Positions 58,736 to 64,000 of a DNA stretch of 64,000 bases are shown here, in pieces. The notes under the pieces were generated by a model. That model had not been told where the DNA came from. It made no database searches and saw only the letters and a program-made list of their open reading frames with translations. Each line of letters begins with the position of its first letter. Position 1 is the stretch's first letter. Position numbers and translations under genes: made by a program. Source of the DNA: Clostridia bacterium (GTDB taxonomy: Bacteria; Bacillota; Clostridia; UMGS1883); contig JAZLFH010000017.1 of the NCBI GenBank assembly GCA_045615705.1, positions 9,121 through 73,120 on the forward strand, read 5' to 3'.

Positions 58736-61700
58736 TATGCTAACTTACCTACCTCACTTAATTTCATTGAAAGCAATTTGCTTACTCCTTTTTCTTGCAT
58801 TGTTACACCGTAAAGCATCTCTGCCGCTTCCATTGTACCACGGCGGTGCGTTATTACTATAAACTGCGTTTGACTGTTATATTTTTTCATATAATCCGCA
58901 AAACGATACACATTTTCATCGTCAAGGGCAGATTCTATTTCATCCAATATCAAAAACGGTGCAGGCATTACTTTTAAAAATGCAAACAAAAGTGCAATTG
59001 CGGTAAGTGCCCTTTCTCCTCCGGAAAGCAAAGTAATATTTTGCAGTTTCTTTCCCGGCGGCTGAATTTCTATTTCTATACCGCTTTCCAAAACATTATT
59101 CTCATCTGCAAGATAAACAGACGCACTTCCCCCTCCGAAAAGGTCGATAAATGCAGTTTTAAACTCTGAATTTATAATTGCAAATCGCTCTTTAAACTGT
59201 TGTTCCATAACCTTTGTCATATCCGAAATAAGTTTTAAAAGAGATGCCTTTGCTTCTTCCAAATCCTTTGTTTGCCCCGATAAAAACTCGTAGCGTTCTT
59301 TTACCTCTTTGTATTCTTCAATAGCATCAACATTTACATTTCCGAGTTCTTTTATAGACCTCTTTAAATCCGCAATCTCTTTTTGTGCTTTTGAAAGTGT
59401 TATGTCGGTTTTGTACTCCAATGCTGTATTGTATGTAAGTTCATACTCGTCCCAAAGCCTGTTTGTGGCATTTTCAATATCGTAATCAATGCGGTTTTTC
59501 TTGCTTTCCAAACGAGTACATTCCTCTTGCAATAAAAGAAGTTTATCGTTAATTGTTTTATTCTCTTTTCTTACCTCTTCGAGTGCTTCTTCAAGATCTT
59601 TTCTTTCTTCTTGTGCCTTTGTTATTTGCTCCTTTACAGAGTCAATTTCTCTGTCTATTTCCTCTGTTGCATCACTTCTTGTGGATAAAAGAGCATTTAT
59701 TGAATTTATTCTTTCCTTAATTGACTCATACTGTGCCTTTTTGACTTCGTTTTCTCTTTTTAAGTCTTTAATCCGTAACTCGCAATCTCTTTTTCTTGTT
59801 TCTTCAAGTGTTATACTGTTTTCCAAAGTATTTATATCTGTTCTTGCGGACAGAATTACAGAACTCATTTCATCTCTTTGTCTTATTACGGAAAGAATTT
59901 CTTCCTGTTTGGTTTTTTCTTGTATTTTTGTCTTTTCTTTTTCATCTCGTGCAGACAGTTCGTCCTTTTTAAGCGTTTCGGTCAATGTGTCCGCATCGGT
60001 AATCTGTCTGTACAAATCTTCTTTTTCATTTGCGAATCTTTTTTCTCGACCTTCGGCATCTTCCAATAAATGTTCTTTAAGGCTTATGTCTGCACTTATA
60101 TGCACAAGTTCCGACTCTTTATTTGAGAGTTCTTCTCTTTTTCTTTCTTCTTCGCCTCGGCGAAGCGAAAGTTTTTTGGAAAGCGAATATATCTCCTCTT
60201 CCGTTTTGTCAGCCTTCTTTAAAAATTCGGTCGCATCTTTTTTAAGTTCGGCTATCTCTTCTTTTCTTCCCAAAAGTGCCTGAGATTTATTCTGACTTCC
60301 GCCGGTGATTGAACCTCCGGGTTGCAATATTTCACCGCTCAAAGTAACGATTTTAAATCTGTACTTATACTTTTTTGCAAGTGAAATTGCACTTTTTAAA
60401 TCCTCGCAAATTACCGTTCTTCCCAAAAGTGCCTCAATTGCATTATCCAAAAATGCTTCACGCTCAACCACATCGGATGCAATGCAAAGCACTCCGTCAT
60501 TTCCCAAAACTTCTTTTTCTATGTCAAGTCTTCTTTTTTCCTGAGCGGATAGCACCAAAAAGGTTACCCTGCCGAGGGAATTTTCTTTTAAATACTCAAT
60601 CGCTTTTTTGGCGTCATTTTCTTCATTGACAACGATATTTTGCATGGTATTCCCGAGTGCCGACTCTATCGCCGATACATATTTTTTCTCAACATTGATA
60701 AGTGAAGAAAGTGTACCCGAAAATTCGCCATGATACTCTTTGTTTTTCTTTGCTTTTATAAGTTCTCTTACGCCTCGTGCATAGCCTTCAAGTGAATTTT
60801 CCATTTCAATGAGCATATTCGCTTTGGAATTTTTCTCTCCCGCTTTTGCACTGAGTTTATTATATTCTTCTTTTAACTCGTCCACTCTTTTTGAGGTCTT
60901 AATTACTTCCTGTCCTATATCAAACAGTTCTTTTTTATACTTGTCCGCTTCTTCTTTTAAAGCATTCTCACGCTCTTTCATAAAAAGAAGTTCGCCGGCA
61001 AGTTTTTCTTTTGTGGAAGTTGCTTCTTCAATATCCGTTTCGATTGATAATTTTCGGTTTTCGATATTACTCAAAATAAGCTGAACACTTTCGGACTTGC
61101 TTTTTGCCTCGCTTTCTTTTTTCTCAATATCCGAAAGCAATACCCTTATTTCTTCAAGTTCTCGGTTCTTATTTGAAAGAATTACTGAGATTTCGTCAGT
61201 TTGTTTATTTCTTTCTTCAAGGTATTTTTCCGCCGTTGCCTTTTTTTCTTCCAAATCCGAAATGCGTTTTTGGATTTCTGCCTCTTGCAGAATTTCCGCT
61301 TCCCTTTTCTTATCAAATCCTTCAAAATCAAGTTTTAAAAGTTTTAAATTGCTCTCTAAATTTGAAATATCGTTTTGTGCGAGCATAAGTTCGCCCGAAA
61401 CGGAAACCTTTTTTGTTTCAAGTTCGCTTTTTCTGCCGTGCAACTCTTCAATTTCGCTATCCTTTTGGCGGACGGCATCATACGCCTCTTTATTTTTCTC
61501 ATCAAGGGAGTCAAACTCGTTTTTTGCATTGGCAAATTCATCTTTTGCACTTGTAAGAAGTTTTTCATTCTCAAAAGAAGCAATTCTTTTTGCATCAATC
61601 ACCGCAAGGAGTGTGCTGACCTCTGTTTTTCTTAAAGCATCACGGTACGAAAGGTACATTTTTGCTTTTTCGCTTTGTACCCTGAGAGGTTCCAGACGCT

Positions 61701-62298
61701 CTGTGATTTCACTTAAAATATCTCTTACTCTTGAAAGGTTTTCTTCTGTCTTTTCAAGTTTTCGTTCTGCTTCTGTTTTTCTGAAACGATACTTTGATAT
61801 ACCGGAAGCTTCTTCAAAAACCTGACGGCGGTCATCACTTTTGGCAGAAAGTATTTCGTCAATTTTGCCCTGCCCCACTATTGAGTAACCATCTCTTCCG
61901 AGTCCGGTATCCATAAAAAGTTCGTGTACATCTTTCATTCTGCAAGATGATTTGTTTATGTAATACTCACTTTCTCCGCTGCGAAACATCCGTCTTGTAA
62001 CCATAACTTCGCTGTATTCACTTGAAAGTGTGCCGGAAGTGTTATCCAAAATAAGCGAAACTTCGGCAAAAGAAAGCGGTTTTCTTTTTTCCGTTCCCGC
62101 AAAAATTACATCTTCCATTTTGCTTCCGCGAAGTGTTTTTGCACTTTGTTCGCCCAAAACCCATCTTACCGCATCACTTATATTACTCTTTCCGCTTCCG
62201 TTAGGTCCGACTATTGCAGTAAGCCCTCTGTCAACCTCAACAGTTGTCTTATCTACAAACGATTTAAAACCTTGCAGTTCTATTCTCTTTAAGTACAA
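58735..62298 (-). CDS. smc: Chromosome segregation protein SMC
   Basis: N-terminal Walker A GPNGSGKSN, long coiled coils, a hinge, the C-terminal LSGGE signature and Walker B ILDEIESALD. TTG start after GGAGGTG. Confidence 0.95.
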   Translation of the reverse strand: MYLKRIELQGFKSFVDKTTVEVDRGLTAIVGPNGSGKSNISDAVRWVLGEQSAKTLRGSKMEDVIFAGTEKRKPLSFAEVSLILDNTSGTLSSEYSEVMVTRRMFRSGESEYYINKSSCRMKDVHELFMDTGLGRDGYSIVGQGKIDEILSAKSDDRRQVFEEASGISKYRFRKTEAERKLEKTEENLSRVRDILSEITERLEPLRVQSEKAKMYLSYRDALRKTEVSTLLAVIDAKRIASFENEKLLTSAKDEFANAKNEFDSLDEKNKEAYDAVRQKDSEIEELHGRKSELETKKVSVSGELMLAQNDISNLESNLKLLKLDFEGFDKKREAEILQEAEIQKRISDLEEKKATAEKYLEERNKQTDEISVILSNKNRELEEIRVLLSDIEKKESEAKSKSESVQLILSNIENRKLSIETDIEEATSTKEKLAGELLFMKERENALKEEADKYKKELFDIGQEVIKTSKRVDELKEEYNKLSAKAGEKNSKANMLIEMENSLEGYARGVRELIKAKKNKEYHGEFSGTLSSLINVEKKYVSAIESALGNTMQNIVVNEENDAKKAIEYLKENSLGRVTFLVLSAQEKRRLDIEKEVLGNDGVLCIASDVVEREAFLDNAIEALLGRTVICEDLKSAISLAKKYKYRFKIVTLSGEILQPGGSITGGSQNKSQALLGRKEEIAELKKDATEFLKKADKTEEEIYSLSKKLSLRRGEEERKREELSNKESELVHISADISLKEHLLEDAEGREKRFANEKEDLYRQITDADTLTETLKKDELSARDEKEKTKIQEKTKQEEILSVIRQRDEMSSVILSARTDINTLENSITLEETRKRDCELRIKDLKRENEVKKAQYESIKERINSINALLSTRSDATEEIDREIDSVKEQITKAQEERKDLEEALEEVRKENKTINDKLLLLQEECTRLESKKNRIDYDIENATNRLWDEYELTYNTALEYKTDITLSKAQKEIADLKRSIKELGNVNVDAIEEYKEVKERYEFLSGQTKDLEEAKASLLKLISDMTKVMEQQFKERFAIINSEFKTAFIDLFGGGSASVYLADENNVLESGIEIEIQPPGKKLQNITLLSGGERALTAIALLFAFLKVMPAPFLILDEIESALDDENVYRFADYMKKYNSQTQFIVITHRRGTMEAAEMLYGVTMQEKGVSKLLSMKLSEVGKLA

Positions 62299-62334
62299 AA
62301 AATCACCTCCGCTCCTTCAAATATAACCTATGTG

Positions 62335-62363
62335 ATTATATCAAACTTTGCACTTTCTTGCAA
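62335..62363 (-). promoter_or_regulatory. Consensus-like sigma-A promoter of smc (TTGCAA-17-TATAAT)
   Basis: The minus strand reads TTGCAAgaaagtgcaaagtttgaTATAAT, about 35 nt upstream of the smc start. Confidence 0.6.
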
Positions 62364-62410
62364 GGAAAAAATGCACTATGTTGTACGCTATATAATACAA
62401 AACGCGCATT

Positions 62411-62432
62411 AATTGTGCAACTTGCACAAATT
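62411..62432. repeat. Near-perfect inverted repeat TTGTGCAA-c-TTGCACAA between divergent promoters
   Basis: Perfect 8+8 palindrome at 62413-62429, extended by AA/TT flanks. Further TGCAC/TGCAA half-sites lie at 62348-62376. Confidence 0.4.
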
Positions 62433-62470
62433 ATTAGTTTTATTGTTATTTATTTGTAACAACAAATATG

Positions 62471-62499
62471 TTGACCTGTAACATCATAAGTGTTAATAT
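62471..62499 (+). promoter_or_regulatory. Sigma-A-type promoter with extended -10 (TTGACC-17-TGtTAATAT)
   Basis: TTGACC at 62471-62476 and TAATAT at 62494-62499, preceded by TGT. Confidence 0.55.
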
Positions 62500-62503
62500 T
62501 GTA

Positions 62504-62580
62504 TTGTACTAAGTGTACAAAACTTTTTTTCATTTTCCCTCCTTTTAGTGGCAGATTGATTATCTGTCATTTTTTTTCGT
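62504..62580 (+). ncRNA. Candidate ~75-nt small RNA: 5' hairpin, U-rich single strand with CCCUCC, intrinsic terminator
   Basis: Hairpin TTGTAC-taagt-GTACAA (62504-62520). CCCTCC at 62537-62542. Terminator GGCAGAT-tgatt-ATCTGTC (62550-62568) plus a T8 run. A separate promoter for the downstream gene follows it. Confidence 0.35.
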
Positions 62581-62587
62581 TTTTTAT

Positions 62588-62616
62588 TTGAATTTAAGAA
62601 CAAAATATACTATAAT
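62588..62616 (+). promoter_or_regulatory. Sigma-A-type promoter (TTGAAT-17-TATAAT) in front of the pspC fragment
   Basis: TTGAAT at 62588-62593 and TATAAT at 62611-62616. AGGAG lies 8 nt before the ATG at 62638. Confidence 0.6.
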
Positions 62617-62637
62617 ACAGGCGTAGGAGTAAGTTAT

Positions 62638-62757
62638 ATGCGTAAACTTTATAAATCACAGACAGATAAAAAACTTTGTGGGGTATGCGGAGGAATTGCC
62701 GAATACTTTAATATAGATTCAACCGTAATAAGGCTTATTTGGGTTTGTTTATGTTAA
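62638..62757 (+). pseudogene. 5' fragment of a PspC-domain gene, truncated after 39 codons
   Basis: [36 protein letters not shown] matches the PspC-domain consensus (LYRS..D..GVCGG.AEYF..D...R). It then ends CLC-stop, where the TM helix should continue. Confidence 0.7.
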
Positions 62758-63577
62758 TAACAATGTTATTGCAGAAACCGACAGTACGGGTACCATTATT
62801 TCCGAGATACTTTGGGGTAACGGAAAGCCGATAAGAAGAAAAGTCAATAACCAGTGGTATTATTATATCTACAATGCTCACGGTGATGTAGTAGCCCTGA
62901 CAGATTCAAGCGGAAATATCAAAAACAGTTATTCTTATGATGCATGGGGTAATATACAATCGGAAACAGAGCTTATTGATAATAAGGTCAAGTATGCAGG
63001 CGAATACTATGATGATGAGCTTGATATGTATTATTTAAGAGCAAGGTATTACGATCCGCAAACAGGACGCTTTACAAGTTTTGATATTCAAGAAGGAACA
63101 GTTGATGCTTCACAGGATTTAAACAGATATGCCTATTGCAGAAACAATCCTGTTAAATATGTTGATCCGAGCGGGGAAGAAGTAATAGTATTGACAGCTG
63201 CAACTGCTACGATAATAAAAGTTGCAATCGGAGCAATAGCAGCAATAGGGACCATGTATACGCTCAACAAAATGGTTAGCAATATTAGTGATAACAGAAA
63301 ACATCACATTTTGCATGGAAGTAATAATAGCCATGAGAAAGGTTGGAAAAAATTTAATATCGATCCTAACGATCCAAACGGTTTTGAAAAGTTGTTGCCT
63401 ATAATAAATGAAGTAATTAAAAATGGAACAAAGAGTAATTGGAGATCAGTTGGAAAAATGTCTATTCGAGAAATAGAATACTATTTTCCAAATATTGGAG
63501 AAACCGTTAGAGTTATTATAAATAAAACGGCAGAAGGTATAGAGAGCATTACAGATGCTTTTACAGTTTTTAAATAG
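62756..63577 (+). CDS. Orphan Rhs/YD-repeat C-terminal fragment: last YD repeats, core-end motif (PVKYVDPSGEE) and a 134-aa polymorphic toxin tip
   Basis: The frame is open from 62732. YD repeats (YYYIYNAHGDVVALTDSSGNIKNSYSYDAWGN; YAGEYYDDELDMYYLRARYYDPQTGRFTSFD) and NRYAYCRNNPVKYVDPSG are canonical for the Rhs core end. There is no N-terminal shell or secretion domain, and the first ATG in frame is at 63026. Confidence 0.8.
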   Translation, partial: NNNVIAETDSTGTIISEILWGNGKPIRRKVNNQWYYYIYNAHGDVVALTDSSGNIKNSYSYDAWGNIQSETELIDNKVKYAGEYYDDELDMYYLRARYYDPQTGRFTSFDIQEGTVDASQDLNRYAYCRNNPVKYVDPSGEEVIVLTAATATIIKVAIGAIAAIGTMYTLNKMVSNISDNRKHHILHGSNNSHEKGWKKFNIDPNDPNGFEKLLPIINEVIKNGTKSNWRSVGKMSIREIEYYFPNIGETVRVIINKTAEGIESITDAFTVFK

Positions 63578-63588
63578 GAGGATATAAT

Positions 63589-64000
63589 ATGACTTTATAT
63601 GAAAAAATATATTCGAAAGAGCACACCAGAAAGATTATAATGGAAGAAAGTGATAGTTGGATAAAGACATTAAAAAAGTTTGATGATAGTGTAGAAAAGA
63701 ATAGAGCGTTGGCACATGTGTACTATATAAGAGAACTTTATATATTTGATTGTGTAGATGCGGAAAAAGCGTGTGAATATTATGAAAAAATTCCTGTTAA
63801 TTACTATAGCATAGATTTATTGGCAGAGTATATTAACGCTCTTAAATTGTGTTATCATTTTAAGGAACTTATTAAATTGTCAAGAATAATCCTTAGTAGT
63901 GAAACCGAATTTGAAATGAGGTATTTGTTTTTAAGAGAGTTGGTGGATGCTGGAATGGTTGCAGACGGTGCAATGACAAAAGAAGAATATTTTGATTATA
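63589..64000 (+). CDS. Putative cognate immunity protein (helical, TPR-like), 3' end outside the window
   Basis: AGGAGGA 6 nt before the ATG at 63589, which is 11 nt after the toxin stop. The frame is open to the window edge (MTLYEKIYSKEHTRKIIMEESDSWIKTLKKFDDSVEKNRALAHVYYIRELYIF...). The function is inferred from position only. Confidence 0.5.
   Translation, partial: MTLYEKIYSKEHTRKIIMEESDSWIKTLKKFDDSVEKNRALAHVYYIRELYIFDCVDAEKACEYYEKIPVNYYSIDLLAEYINALKLCYHFKELIKLSRIILSSETEFEMRYLFLRELVDAGMVADGAMTKEEYFDY

Noticed and set aside
58795-61825. Long plus-strand ORFs inside smc (for example 59489-60283 at 264 aa and 61097-61825 at 242 aa)
   Set aside because: They are antisense to a clearly real coiled-coil gene. 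The products are low-complexity Ser/Phe/Leu-rich sequence, typical of the reverse frame of Glu/Lys-rich coding DNA. They have no SD or promoter.
62450-62533. Minus-strand 27-codon ORF (MKKSFVHLVQYNINTYDVTGQHICCYK) preceded by GGAGGG
   Set aside because: The SD-to-ATG spacing is only ~4 nt and no plausible minus-strand promoter lies upstream. The peptide is neither hydrophobic nor toxin-like. The same bases are better explained as the CCCUCC motif of a plus-strand transcript with its own strong promoter and terminator. It is kept only as the alternative hypothesis.
62732-62757. Possible programmed +1 frameshift fusing the PspC fragment to the Rhs frame (the two frames overlap for 26 nt)
   Set aside because: There is no slippery or shifty motif. 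The codon before the TAA is TGT, which cannot re-pair in +1, and there is no stimulatory SD-like element. A PspC-N::Rhs-tip fusion has no obvious logic, so a recombination scar is the simpler explanation.
1-64000. Scan for rRNA, tRNA, CRISPR repeats, transposase/integrase genes, prophage modules or known defence-system genes
   Set aside because: None were recognised. The intergenic regions are short and are accounted for by promoters, terminators and the few elements reported. No regularly spaced direct repeats were seen.

Overview
Low-GC Firmicutes (Clostridia-like, spore-forming) chromosome segment. It is gene-dense, mostly minus-strand, and largely housekeeping. Recognised genes include t6A tRNA-modification genes (tsaD, tsaC/sua5, tcdA), NAD salvage (nadE, pncB), carD-ispD-ispF, an htrA-type protease and an amino-acid ABC transporter. 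Also present are an acyl-CoA ligase, GTP-dependent PEP carboxykinase, rsmA/ksgA, a yabE-like gene, lgt, an M16 peptidase pair, rph-rdgB, tatD, metG, a CDF transporter, a gerA-type germinant-receptor operon and ftsY-smc. Envelope functions are prominent. There are two large SLH-domain surface proteins (8.6-11.4 kb and 30.0-33.0 kb). A plus-strand cluster at 41.7-49.3 kb looks like secondary-cell-wall-polymer synthesis and pyruvylation: a GT4::CsaB fusion, a MurJ-like flippase, a Wzy_C/O-antigen-ligase-like protein, a GT4 and two DUF4330-like proteins. There is also a fused Wzz/BY-kinase with an extreme Tyr-rich tail. The only clearly accessory DNA is at the right edge (62.6-64.0 kb). There a 5' fragment of a pspC-domain gene is joined to the last YD repeats of an Rhs core, followed by a C-terminal toxin tip and a likely immunity gene that runs off the window. 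Other points worth follow-up are listed here. (1) A promoter-leader-terminator element in front of a CaCA antiporter / ECF S-component / type II pantothenate kinase operon carries partial yybP-ykoY-like sequence signatures. (2) A candidate small RNA has a CCCUCC anti-Shine-Dalgarno motif. (3) A YwlE-type phosphatase is fused to RimI inside the t6A operon. (4) A ybaK remnant sits behind a perfect promoter. (5) Several micro-ORFs lie below the ORF-track cutoff. No rRNA, tRNA, CRISPR array, transposase, integrase or recognisable defence system was seen. All family assignments come from motif recognition by eye and need database confirmation.
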